The notes under the pieces were generated by a model. The model was not told where the DNA came from and did no database searches. It was given only the letters and a program-made list of their open reading frames with translations. 64,000 nt of DNA, from the NCBI GenBank assembly GCA_029974275.1, contig JARKSN010000289.1, forward strand, positions 30,928-94,927. Direction: 5' to 3'. Of the stretch, positions 46,811-56,158 are shown one piece after another. Numbering within the stretch: the first letter of the stretch is position 1; each line of letters opens with the position of its first letter. The translations under genes were made by a program, and so were the position numbers. This stretch comes from Candidatus Hydrogenedentota bacterium. GTDB taxonomy: Bacteria > Hydrogenedentota > Hydrogenedentia > Hydrogenedentales > SLHB01.

Positions 46811-47899
46811 ATGAAAAAAACTACGCAGTTGACATGGCAGTTGCTGTTCGCCTTTTCGTTGGCTGGACTGTTGATATGGTTCATGTTTCGCGATGTTCCT
46901 TTTTCGGAGTTTCGGAAGGCCTTGACGGAGGTCCAAGCGGAATGGCTTATCGTGATGCTAATTCCGACTTTGGGGAGTTTTGTGACCCGCGTTTTCCGAT
47001 GGGGCTATATTGTGCGCACAGCCGGTCCGGTGACCTTCCGGGATATGTTCAGTGCGACGCAGATTGGATTTCTTGTCAACTTCACGGTTCCCTTCCGTTT
47101 GGGGGAAGTGGTGCGCGCCGTGGCGTTGACGCGTCTGTCGAAGATTCCGCTCACCAAAAGCATCGCGTTTTCCGCTCTTGATCGCGTCGCGGATTTATTC
47201 GGACTGATCGTCGTGGTGGCGATTGCGGTGAGGTCCCTCAAGATATACGATATCCCGGAATTCAATCTGCCCGCCTCCGTGTCCCGTCTTGGCAGCGACA
47301 TCCCGGTGTCGGTCGCGCTCATCCGGAAGGTGGCGTTTCAGACCGAGCTTGCTCTGGGGGGGCTGGTGGCGTTGCTGGTGTTGGTGTATCTCAAGCAAGA
47401 CTTGGTGATTCGCGTGATGCGCTGGATGGCGGGACTGGTCTCGAAGCGTCTTGCCGAACGGGCGGTTGGGGCCTTGAATGGATTTGCGGCAGGGCTGCAC
47501 ATATTCCGGTCTGCCGGGGATATGCTCAAATGCGTGGCGTGGTCACTGGCGACGTGGGCGTTTTTCGTCATGGGCATTTACTGCTTGATGCGGGCCTTCG
47601 CTTTCGAGGGGCCGTGGTACAGCGTTTTCGTCATGCAAGCCTTGCTGGCGCTTGCCGTGAGTTTGCCGCTGACGCCGGGCCTCATTGGTCAATTCCAAAT
47701 ACCGATCATCATCACCCTGCTCTGGCTGACGCCCAACGTGTCTGCTCCGCAGGCGCTTGCGGCATCCTTCGTATGTTATGCCATTAACCTGATCCTTATC
47801 ATCGCCACAGGAATTGTCTGTGTCTGCATCGAGCGCCGGCGTCTTTTCGCCTTTGGCTGGTTCACGGCGAAGCCGCAGCCTGATTCCTCGCCGGGATGA
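46811..47899 (+). CDS. Lysylphosphatidylglycerol synthase TM region / flippase-like (UPF0104) membrane protein
   Basis: RVFRWG, NFTVPFRLGEVVRA, DRVAD, PLTPGLIG; about eight TM helices. Confidence 0.88.
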   Translation: MKKTTQLTWQLLFAFSLAGLLIWFMFRDVPFSEFRKALTEVQAEWLIVMLIPTLGSFVTRVFRWGYIVRTAGPVTFRDMFSATQIGFLVNFTVPFRLGEVVRAVALTRLSKIPLTKSIAFSALDRVADLFGLIVVVAIAVRSLKIYDIPEFNLPASVSRLGSDIPVSVALIRKVAFQTELALGGLVALLVLVYLKQDLVIRVMRWMAGLVSKRLAERAVGALNGFAAGLHIFRSAGDMLKCVAWSLATWAFFVMGIYCLMRAFAFEGPWYSVFVMQALLALAVSLPLTPGLIGQFQIPIIITLLWLTPNVSAPQALAASFVCYAINLILIIATGIVCVCIERRRLFAFGWFTAKPQPDSSPG

Positions 47900-48016
47900 A
47901 CCATCGGACTGGACGCGGCGGGTTGACATCGCGCAAAACGGTCTGCTCCAATGACGCGTTTTGTTTGCGGCATGGCAACGCCTGGCGTTGGATCGCGCGC
48001 CAGGTCGTCCTTATAA

Positions 48017-48649
48017 TTGAGAGGCATGTGCGTGGGACATAGCGAAAGACGCTGGGATGGCTTGCATCTGGCCACATTCGTGTTGTGGGCTCACTTTTTT
48101 GCCTTTGGCCTGTTACCGGAAGAGAGTTTCCGCATGTTGCGCGATTTTGGGCATGTGGCGACGCAGCAGGCGCTTGTGAATTCGTCTCTAGCCATATCGC
48201 TTTCCCTTTCCTTGTATTTGGCTTTTTTTGCGTATCGGCAGTGTCGGGAGGCGGGGCTTTCCTTCGAGGCGTCCCAGGCGCGCGCGGTGCAGGCATGGGT
48301 GCTGGGGCTTGTGGCGTTTTTGCCGTTCCCGCTTTCATTGGCCCTGAATTACCACGATATTCCGGTGCCTCCGCTGCGTTATTGGGTGCTGATCATTGGT
48401 GTGGCGAAGTTGGCGGCATGGTTCTACTTGTTTGCGCTGATATGTCTTCGGTACCTTTTGGGCATGCAGGACGCATTTGCGCACATGGTATCCATATTTC
48501 CGAGTTCCTACAGGAAGGAGACTTCGAAAGAAGACCGCGGCGCGGCGACTTCTGATTCGGCGGCTCCGGCGCTTTGTCCGAAGGAGAACGAGGAGGAGAC
48601 GTCTGTCAACGTGAGCGACGTCTCCAGCGTTCCCAAGGGCGGGAGATGA
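48017..48649 (+). CDS. Hypothetical membrane protein (about four TM helices)
   Basis: Hydrophobic ORF filling the gap, preceded by TATAAT at about 48012; start uncertain. Confidence 0.6.
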   Translation: MRGMCVGHSERRWDGLHLATFVLWAHFFAFGLLPEESFRMLRDFGHVATQQALVNSSLAISLSLSLYLAFFAYRQCREAGLSFEASQARAVQAWVLGLVAFLPFPLSLALNYHDIPVPPLRYWVLIIGVAKLAAWFYLFALICLRYLLGMQDAFAHMVSIFPSSYRKETSKEDRGAATSDSAAPALCPKENEEETSVNVSDVSSVPKGGR

Positions 48650-48724
48650 CGTTCGGGCAGGCGTTTCGTAGGAGCGTGTGTTGGGTTCGTTTGTTGCAAG
48701 AGGAAATAGAAGAGGATTGTCCGC

Positions 48725-49840
48725 ATGAAGATTTTTCGCATGGCAGGGTGCACGGCCCTATGTTTGTTGTGCGCTACGGGAGCGTGGGGAGGCGTTTTGC
48801 GGATGGGGGCGCCCACGTTTCAGGGCGATCAGGTAAACGTCCCCGTTTTTTTGGACGGAGACACGGGAGTCGGGGTATCCGCCGTCACGTTTCATCTTGA
48901 CTACGACCCGGCGGTGTTCGAGCCTACGTCGGTTGTCGTGGGCGCGGCGGCTTCGGCGGCCGACAAGCAGGTGCGTGCGAACATGAGCGCTCCCGGACAA
49001 TACAACGTGGTCATGATGGGCCTGAATACGAACGCCATTTCCAGCGGGGAGGTGGCCGCTATCGCGTTTCGCGTCGTTGCCGCGCCCTCCAGCGGACAGA
49101 GCGCTCTCGCCATTTCGGAGACCTCCTTCGCTTCGCCCCAGGGCACGGCGGTGCCGTCCCAAGGCGCTTCGATGATCGTGACTTTCCCGGAATCGCAGGA
49201 CGAGGAGTCAGGGACCCAAGGCAATGCGGCGCAGTCGGCGGAAGGAGCGACGGAGAACGCCTCGGCGTCGCAGCAGGAGAGCCGGACGTCCACAAGCGCG
49301 TTTTCGAATCCCGCGAACGACGTGAAGACTTTGTCTGCCACGCCTCCTGTTCAGACGAATGCTGTTTCGTTGACGGCGGAACAACAGGGGGCGCCTGGCG
49401 CCCACGGGGGGGCGTCTGTTCCGCAGCAGCAATTGACTCAGGCGATCGCCGATCTGGAACAACAGCGTTCCGCTCTGACGGAGATGGCGGCGACTCCGGC
49501 CGGTTCGGGGCTTGGGGCGGCGCCAGAGGGGGGATCGGCTGCAACGTTGCCTGTGCCATCCCCGGACACAAGCTTGGCCGAGGTTCCGGTTGGCGCGCCC
49601 CCTTCGGGATCGCCGGAGACTTCTTCCCCGCTTGCCGCCCATGCCGTTGTTGCGGGAGATGCCTCTGGTCCGCAACGGAGCGTTTCAAGCCAGGTTGATG
49701 CGGGGTCGGAGAGCGTTTCCGTTGTCGCCGATACGGCTCCGGTTCGCCGCGACAAACGGTTGGCGATTTTCGTGGCCGTGGGGATAATAGTGGCGGGACT
49801 GGCGCTGTTGGCGGGATTGCGGCGCAAATTGTTTCGGTAG
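48725..49840 (+). CDS. Cohesin-domain protein with Ser/Ala/Pro-rich stalk and C-terminal membrane anchor
   Basis: Signal peptide; GDQVNVPVFL..VSAVTFHLDYDPAVFE..GEVAAIAFRV cohesin pattern; low-complexity linker; TM helix followed by RRKLFR. Confidence 0.8.
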   Translation: MKIFRMAGCTALCLLCATGAWGGVLRMGAPTFQGDQVNVPVFLDGDTGVGVSAVTFHLDYDPAVFEPTSVVVGAAASAADKQVRANMSAPGQYNVVMMGLNTNAISSGEVAAIAFRVVAAPSSGQSALAISETSFASPQGTAVPSQGASMIVTFPESQDEESGTQGNAAQSAEGATENASASQQESRTSTSAFSNPANDVKTLSATPPVQTNAVSLTAEQQGAPGAHGGASVPQQQLTQAIADLEQQRSALTEMAATPAGSGLGAAPEGGSAATLPVPSPDTSLAEVPVGAPPSGSPETSSPLAAHAVVAGDASGPQRSVSSQVDAGSESVSVVADTAPVRRDKRLAIFVAVGIIVAGLALLAGLRRKLFR

Positions 49841-50138
49841 ACGCGCTTCACTTTTGCATTTCCAACGTTGCCTGCGGGCGGAAGCGGGAGGCTGCGCCGG
49901 GGCGCGTGTAGATTTTTTCGGCCTTGTTCGCAGGATTTTCCAGAAACGCGCGCGGCGCCCGCGTGCATCCTTTCCCCATGGTTGGGCCTATTCCGGACTT
50001 TTCACAAGCGTATTTGCCTTGGTGCGAAAAGTTCTTGCGTTCCTTCTTTTCTCCGCAGAGGTGAGATTGCGCGTCCATGCTGGTAAAATGCTTTTTTACG
50101 CGTGAGGTCTGGGGCGTGGCGAAGAGCGTGAGGCGGAC

Positions 50139-51377
50139 ATGATGTTTCCCGTACGACACAAGACGGTTGGGGTGACGGTGGGCGGCGTTCGGATCGGGGG
50201 CGGGGCTCCGGTGGCGGTGCAGTCCATGACGAATACGGATACCGCTGATGCGGCCTTGACCGCCCAGCAGATATGCGCCCTTGCGGAGGCGGGTTCTGAA
50301 CTGGTCCGTGTGACGGTGAATTTGCGGCCGGCGGCAGCGGCGGTTCCGGAGATTGTGCAGCGGGTGCGGGATGCGGGATGCGATGTCCCTATCATCGGCG
50401 ATTTTCACTATAACGGCCATACGTTGTTGGCCGAGTTTCCTGCGTGCGCCAAGGCTTTGGACAAGTATCGCATCAATCCGGGCAATGTGGGCAAGGGCCG
50501 TGCGCGCGACGAGCAATTTGCCGCCATTTGCCGCATTGCCCGAGACCACGGCAAGCCGGTCCGAATCGGCGTCAATGCGGGCTCGCTGAACCAAGAACTG
50601 GTCGTGCGGCGAATGCAAGAAAACGCGGACCGGGAATGGGGCAAAACGTCTGAAGAGGTGTTGAACGAGTGCATGGTGATCTCCGCGCTCGAGTCGACCG
50701 AGTTGGCGTTGCGGTGCGGCCTGGGCCAGGATCAAATCATTATCTCGTGCAAGTCGTCCTCTCCGGTTCACTTGATCGCGATTTATCGTGATTTGGCGCG
50801 GCAGACGGACCAGCCGTTGCATGTGGGGTTGACGGAAGCGGGCATGGGCGCGAAGGGGTTGGTGTGGTCTTCGGTGGCGATGGGCGTGTTGCTTGCCGAA
50901 GGGATAGGGGATACGATCCGGGTGTCGTTGACGCCGCAGCCGGGCGGCGATCGGCGCGAGGAGGCGTATGCGGCCTGTGAGATGTTGCAGGCGTTGGGGC
51001 TGCGGGCGTTTGCGCCGAGCATTACGTCGTGTCCTGGGTGTGGGCGCACGACCAGCCAGACGTTTCAGGAGCTTGCGGTGCGGGTGCAGGGGTATGTGCG
51101 GGATCGCATGCCGGAATGGCGCCGGTCGTTCGAGGGGGTAGAGACCTTGAGGTTGGCGGTGATGGGCTGTGTCGTGAATGGACCGGGCGAGTCGAAGGCG
51201 GCGAACATCGGCATCAGTCTTCCGGGAACAGGGGAAGCTCCGAGTTGTCCGGTGTTTGTGGACGGCGTGAAGGCGGCGACCTTATCGGGCGATCCGGAGG
51301 AATTGGCCGAGGCGTTCCAGGAGCTTGTGGAGGCGTATGTAGCCAGGAAATTTCCAGCCCGGCGGCCGTCCGATTGA
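50139..51377 (+). CDS. ispG: 4-hydroxy-3-methylbut-2-en-1-yl diphosphate synthase
   Basis: [49 protein letters not shown]. Confidence 0.97.
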   Translation: MMFPVRHKTVGVTVGGVRIGGGAPVAVQSMTNTDTADAALTAQQICALAEAGSELVRVTVNLRPAAAAVPEIVQRVRDAGCDVPIIGDFHYNGHTLLAEFPACAKALDKYRINPGNVGKGRARDEQFAAICRIARDHGKPVRIGVNAGSLNQELVVRRMQENADREWGKTSEEVLNECMVISALESTELALRCGLGQDQIIISCKSSSPVHLIAIYRDLARQTDQPLHVGLTEAGMGAKGLVWSSVAMGVLLAEGIGDTIRVSLTPQPGGDRREEAYAACEMLQALGLRAFAPSITSCPGCGRTTSQTFQELAVRVQGYVRDRMPEWRRSFEGVETLRLAVMGCVVNGPGESKAANIGISLPGTGEAPSCPVFVDGVKAATLSGDPEELAEAFQELVEAYVARKFPARRPSD

Positions 51378-51437
51378 TTCCGGGCGGGCGCTTTGTTAGG
51401 CTGGTTTCTCTCATTTTGAGAGTTTTACGGAGGTTTC

Positions 51438-52946
51438 ATGACGGAGCGAGTGGAGATATTCGATACGACGTTGCGCGACGGCGAACAGTCGCCTGGGGCG
51501 AGCATGAATGTTGCGGAGAAGATCCGCATGGCGATCCAGCTGGAGCGGCTGGGGGTGGACACAATCGAGGCGGGTTTCCCCATCGCGTCGGAGCAGGAGT
51601 TCGAGGCGGTGCGCAAGGTTGCCGAGAGCGTGCGCAAACCGCGCATTGCGGCGCTTGCCCGGGCGGTGAAGGCGGATATCGATCGCGCGGCGAAGGCGTT
51701 GGAAGCGGCGGACCGGCCTGTGCTGCACACGTTTATTGCAACGAGCGATATTCATTTGGAGCACAAGTTAAAGATGTCGCGCGAGCAGGTGGTGGAACGC
51801 GCCGCGGAGGCGGTGCGCCGCGCCAAGAGCCTGATGGGGCGCGTCGAGTTTTCGGCGGAGGATGCCACGCGCAGCGATCTGGAGTATTTGGTTCAGGTGA
51901 CGCAGGCCGTGATCGAGGCGGGGGCGGACGTCGTGAACCTTCCGGATACGGTGGGATACACGACGCCGCACGAGATTCAGGAGATGTTCCGCTACGTTAT
52001 CGCGAATACGCCGGGTTCGGACCGCGTGGCGTTTTCGTCGCATAATCACAACGATTTGGGGCTTGCGGTGGCGAACGCGCTTGCGGCGCTGCTGGGGGGG
52101 GCGCGGCAGGTCGAATGCACCGTGAACGGCATCGGCGAGCGCGCTGGAAACACGTCGATGGAAGAAGTGGTGATGGCGATGAAGGTGCGGCGGGAGCGTT
52201 TTCCCTTCGAGACCGCGATTGTCACGGAGGAGATCAACAACACGAGTCGGCTGTTGAGCAACATCACCGGATTGGCGGTCGCGTATAACAAGCCGATTGT
52301 GGGAAGGAACGCTTTTGCGCACGAGGCGGGCATTCATCAGCATGGCATGATATCGAGCCGCATCACCTACGAGATCATGACGCCGGAGTCGGTGGGGCGC
52401 GCGCAGAGCGAACTGGTGTTGGGCAAGCACAGCGGCAAGCATGGGTTGACGAAGCGCTGCGAGGCGTTGGGGTATTCGTTGACGGAAGAGGAGGTGGCTC
52501 ATCTGTATGAGAAGTTCATCGCCTTGGCGGATAAGAAGAAGGAGGTGTTCGAGGATGATCTCCGGGTGTTGATCGCCTCCATCAAGAACGAGGCGTTCGA
52601 GACGTATCATTTGGATCAGGTGCGGACGTCGGGCAGCGATCCGACGATGGCGCTGGTGAGGTTGCGCCGGGGGGCGTCCGATTTGATTGAGATGGCGACG
52701 GGGGATGGTCCCGTGGATGCGGCGTGCAACGCGGTGGATCGGATAGTGGGGCTTTCGGGCAAGTTGATGGAGTTTTCGTTGCGCGCCGCGACGCCCGGCA
52801 AGGATGCGATGGGGGAGGCGCATGTGACGGTGGGGTTCGAGTCGCTTGCGTGCAATGGGACCGGAGCCAGCACCGATATTATCGAGGCGGCGGTGATGGC
52901 GTATGTGAATGCCGTCAACAAGTGCCTGGCGGTGAGGAACACATAG
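51438..52946 (+). CDS. leuA: 2-isopropylmalate synthase
   Basis: DTTLRDGEQ, HNHNDLG, GIGERAGN, HEAGIHQHG, GKHSG, C-terminal regulatory domain (GDGPVDA). Confidence 0.95.
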   Translation: MTERVEIFDTTLRDGEQSPGASMNVAEKIRMAIQLERLGVDTIEAGFPIASEQEFEAVRKVAESVRKPRIAALARAVKADIDRAAKALEAADRPVLHTFIATSDIHLEHKLKMSREQVVERAAEAVRRAKSLMGRVEFSAEDATRSDLEYLVQVTQAVIEAGADVVNLPDTVGYTTPHEIQEMFRYVIANTPGSDRVAFSSHNHNDLGLAVANALAALLGGARQVECTVNGIGERAGNTSMEEVVMAMKVRRERFPFETAIVTEEINNTSRLLSNITGLAVAYNKPIVGRNAFAHEAGIHQHGMISSRITYEIMTPESVGRAQSELVLGKHSGKHGLTKRCEALGYSLTEEEVAHLYEKFIALADKKKEVFEDDLRVLIASIKNEAFETYHLDQVRTSGSDPTMALVRLRRGASDLIEMATGDGPVDAACNAVDRIVGLSGKLMEFSLRAATPGKDAMGEAHVTVGFESLACNGTGASTDIIEAAVMAYVNAVNKCLAVRNT

Positions 52947-52983
52947 CCCGGATCGCGCGATCGGGGCGCAGCACGGATACAAT

Positions 52984-53017
52984 GAGCGGCCTTTCTCGAA
53001 CGAGAGAAAGGCCGCTC
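52984..53017. terminator. Probable bidirectional terminator between convergent leuA and the PKD lipoprotein gene
   Basis: Perfect 14-bp inverted repeat GAGCGGCCTTTCTC-gaacga-GAGAAAGGCCGCTC. Confidence 0.7.
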
Positions 53018-53034
53018 GTGGTTTTGGGGGATGG

Positions 53035-55641
53035 TTAGTATTCCAGCGGCCAGCCGGATTCGGGGTTGTCGTTTTCTTGGTCTTGGAACCCGTCGTCTTC
53101 CGTCATGGCTTTGGGAGGAGCGGAAAACGGCAAGGTGTCTGGCAGCACGTACACTTGCGTCGTGAAGACGTAGTCGGTGGCGCTGCTGCTGGGGAATCGG
53201 ACCTCGATGAAGAAGGCCGTGTATTGTCCCGGGACGGTAGGGGTGGGGATTGTGACGGAGTAGGTGTTCGATCCTGCCGGTTGCACGACGGAGCCGCCCC
53301 ATGGCACGTTTGTGCCGCGGAAGTCGCGTCCGGAGCCGGTGGTCGCCTGCCATAGGGTCACGGAGCGCGGGGTGGCGCTTGTTTGCACGGTCAGGGTGCC
53401 GTTGTTATGGGTCCACGTGAGGGTGGGCAAGGAATTGCCGTTGGCTACAGCCAAGAACCAGGGGACGATGTTTCGCAGCGTGGCTTCGTAGCCGGCGGGG
53501 TCGCCGGTCGTTCCTGGCTCGAAGTTGGCATTGCGTTGCGGGAAGTAGCGCAGGTGTTTTGTTTCGAGCAGGTTGCCCCAATACGATCGCGCGGCGTCGG
53601 GGAGGAAATAGGTGTCTCCCGTGGGGTTGAGCAGGAGCTTGGGCATGTCGAGGCGCGATTGGTAGTTTTGGGGGTCGATGAATTGCAGGAGCAGCAGGCC
53701 GCGGGTCGTGGTTAGGCGCGGTATGACGTTGTAGGTGAGGTATGGGCTCCAGACGGGGTCATAGGCGCCGTAGGACCGGTAGTGGCGGAGCAGTTGGTCG
53801 TTGATGTTCAATCCGTCGAAGACGAGCGGGGCGATGCCGGCCACGCGGCTGTCGACGGCTGCCGTCAGCCATGCGACCCAGCCTCGTTTTGCGGCTCCGG
53901 TCACGATGAAGCGGTTGACGTTCAAGGCGCCGCCGGATAGGTTGATGAATTGGTCATGGGCGACGTTCATGGCCTTGACGGCCGCTTTGGTCATGGGCAG
54001 AAGGGCGGGCCAGTATTCGTCTCCTCCATCCAGATAGCGTCCGAGCGACGCTGCAATCAAGGAATCCTCGCTAAGCGGGACGGAGGGCTGGTTCTTGAAG
54101 ACGATGGGCTGGTAGGGGTTGAGGGTCAGGACGGCCACCGGCGCGCCCGCTGTCGTGGCGAACGCCGCCAGATTGGCGTCCACGGCGGGGGGAGTGCCGA
54201 GATCGCTTGCCGTTCCGCCGGTGATGTAGAGCAGGGCGGTCTGGGTCGAGAGCGAATCTGGGCGAATCAGGGTCATGTGGTGACGCCAGACCTGGGTGTT
54301 CACGTCCGCGTATTCGCGCCATGATTGCGAAGCGAGTTCGAAGGTCGCGGCGGTGAAGCCCGTGCCGATGATGGTCGATCCGATCTGGGTGGCCTGTTGG
54401 CTGAAGTAGATGTCGCTTGCCTTGACGTAGCGATCGAGGGCGGTTTCCTGGAATACGCGGATGTAGTTGGCTTTTAGCTCATTGTCTGTGCCGAAGGGGG
54501 TCGTGACGGTCATGGAAACGGAATAGTTTCCGGGTTGACTATAGGCTTTTTGAGGATTCCGCTGGGTGCTGGTATTGCCCGAGAGATCCGTCGGGTCGCC
54601 AAAGTTCCAGGACCATTGCGAGGTGGCGATGGTGCCCGATCCCAAGTCGGAAAGGTCGGTGAAATGGACGGCCTGGCCTGTGGTGGGCTTGCGTTCATCG
54701 ACCGAGAAATCGGCTACGGGGGGGCGCACGGTCACGGAGACGGTCTTGGTGACGGAGGAGGTGTCGGGTCCCGCCGTGATGCGGAGCATGACGTTGAAGG
54801 CGCCGGGCGTCGTGTAGGTATAGCTCGGATTGCGGCTTGTGCTCGTGCCTTTTCCGTCGCCGAAATCCCACGACCATTTGGTGATGGGCAGCGATCCGGC
54901 CTGACTGGTGTCCGTGAAGCGGACGAGTTGGTTGATGTCCGGTGAGGCCGGCGAGAAGGTGAAGTTCGCTCTTGGGGGCTGGATGGTCGATACGGTGATG
55001 TAGTTGTCCTTCTGGATGGTGTCTTGGTTGTTCGCCGTGGCCACGGTCAGTCTGACGGTGTATGTGCCGGGGGCCAGATAGGTGTGGACCGGGTTGGGCG
55101 CGACGCTGATGGATCCGTCGCCGAAACTCCATAGACGGGTGAGAATGGGGCCTTCGGAAGCGGCGGCCTTGGAGAGGTCCTGGAAGGAGACGGATTGGTT
55201 CACGAAGATGTTGGTGGTGTCGGCCTTGAAGTCGGCTTTGAGCACAAGGGTGGCCAGCACGGATATTTTGACGGGGACCAGTCCCGAAGAACTGACGACG
55301 ATGGTGTCGGTGTTAAGGCCGCCGTTCATCTTGGTCCGATCGATGGTCACGGTGACGGTGATGTAGTCCGAGGGACCGGCGCTGACGCCGGAGGCGGGGC
55401 TGATGTTTGTGACGGACAGCCAGGGTTGGCTGACGGCGACGCTGATGGGGGCCATGGGGCGTGAGCTGTACACTTTGCTGACGCGAAAGGTTTTAACGGT
55501 TTCGACGGCGCCGAAATCGAGCGTGGTGGGAGCGACGATTAGGGCTAGGCTGTAGTTGGGTGGTTTGGGACATCCTGCCATGGTCGTGAGCACGATGCAT
55601 GCCAGTAGGATCGTTGCCAGGATGCTGCTGACTCGACGCAT
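53035..55641 (-). CDS. Lipoprotein with a BACON-like domain, three PKD domains and a PqaA (PhoPQ-activated pathogenicity-related) alpha/beta-hydrolase-like domain
   Basis: Lipobox MAGC; three WxFGD/NP.H.Y PKD repeats; SQSWR..WRH, LLPMTKAAVKAM, GAAKRGW, MPKLLLN..DTYFLPD. Confidence 0.85.
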   Translation of the reverse strand: MRRVSSILATILLACIVLTTMAGCPKPPNYSLALIVAPTTLDFGAVETVKTFRVSKVYSSRPMAPISVAVSQPWLSVTNISPASGVSAGPSDYITVTVTIDRTKMNGGLNTDTIVVSSSGLVPVKISVLATLVLKADFKADTTNIFVNQSVSFQDLSKAAASEGPILTRLWSFGDGSISVAPNPVHTYLAPGTYTVRLTVATANNQDTIQKDNYITVSTIQPPRANFTFSPASPDINQLVRFTDTSQAGSLPITKWSWDFGDGKGTSTSRNPSYTYTTPGAFNVMLRITAGPDTSSVTKTVSVTVRPPVADFSVDERKPTTGQAVHFTDLSDLGSGTIATSQWSWNFGDPTDLSGNTSTQRNPQKAYSQPGNYSVSMTVTTPFGTDNELKANYIRVFQETALDRYVKASDIYFSQQATQIGSTIIGTGFTAATFELASQSWREYADVNTQVWRHHMTLIRPDSLSTQTALLYITGGTASDLGTPPAVDANLAAFATTAGAPVAVLTLNPYQPIVFKNQPSVPLSEDSLIAASLGRYLDGGDEYWPALLPMTKAAVKAMNVAHDQFINLSGGALNVNRFIVTGAAKRGWVAWLTAAVDSRVAGIAPLVFDGLNINDQLLRHYRSYGAYDPVWSPYLTYNVIPRLTTTRGLLLLQFIDPQNYQSRLDMPKLLLNPTGDTYFLPDAARSYWGNLLETKHLRYFPQRNANFEPGTTGDPAGYEATLRNIVPWFLAVANGNSLPTLTWTHNNGTLTVQTSATPRSVTLWQATTGSGRDFRGTNVPWGGSVVQPAGSNTYSVTIPTPTVPGQYTAFFIEVRFPSSSATDYVFTTQVYVLPDTLPFSAPPKAMTEDDGFQDQENDNPESGWPLEY

Positions 55642-56158
55642 GAAAAGCACCTCTCATACGCTATGGCGGTTTGGGCGGCCGCCGCCCTGTCCCCCGGAGA
55701 TGATACCGTCGTCTTTAGGAAATCTTACACGTTCCCCTGAGGATCATGCCAGTTTCGCTTGGGTTAGTCAATAGTTTTTACGGATAGGCCAGGTAGGCGT
55801 GCAGGCGAATGGATCGGACGTTTTGGAGAAATGAAGTTTGGGGGCAACGGGGCATCGATAAAACGCTGTGCTGTACACATACGGTCTGTGGGCGAAGAAA
55901 GCTCCGTCGCTCAGTTTTCTGATGTGATGGGCCTGGGTGCGAAACCTGGACTCCTCAGGTGGAGTCAAAGGCAGGGATATTGGTATGCTATGCTGCCTTT
56001 TGGGGGATGGGGGCGAGTTGTTTTGCGGCGGCGTTTTGTGTTCGCGTGGAGTTTGTTTGGGTGGGCGTCGCGTGTCTGAGGTTGCGGGAGGCAGTCGTTT
56101 GCGCCGGAGGCGTCGCGGGCGGCGTGAGGGGGAAAGGGCGGGTTGCCCGGGAGGATTC

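Noticed and set aside
51378..51437. Leucine attenuator upstream of leuA
   Set aside because: Only 60 nt, with no Leu-rich leader peptide or terminator.
55925..56005. Resemblance to a c-di-GMP-I riboswitch (GCGAAACC...CAAAG)
   Set aside because: Lacks the GNRA tetraloop/receptor and the GACGCAAA core; kept only as a generic structured-leader note.
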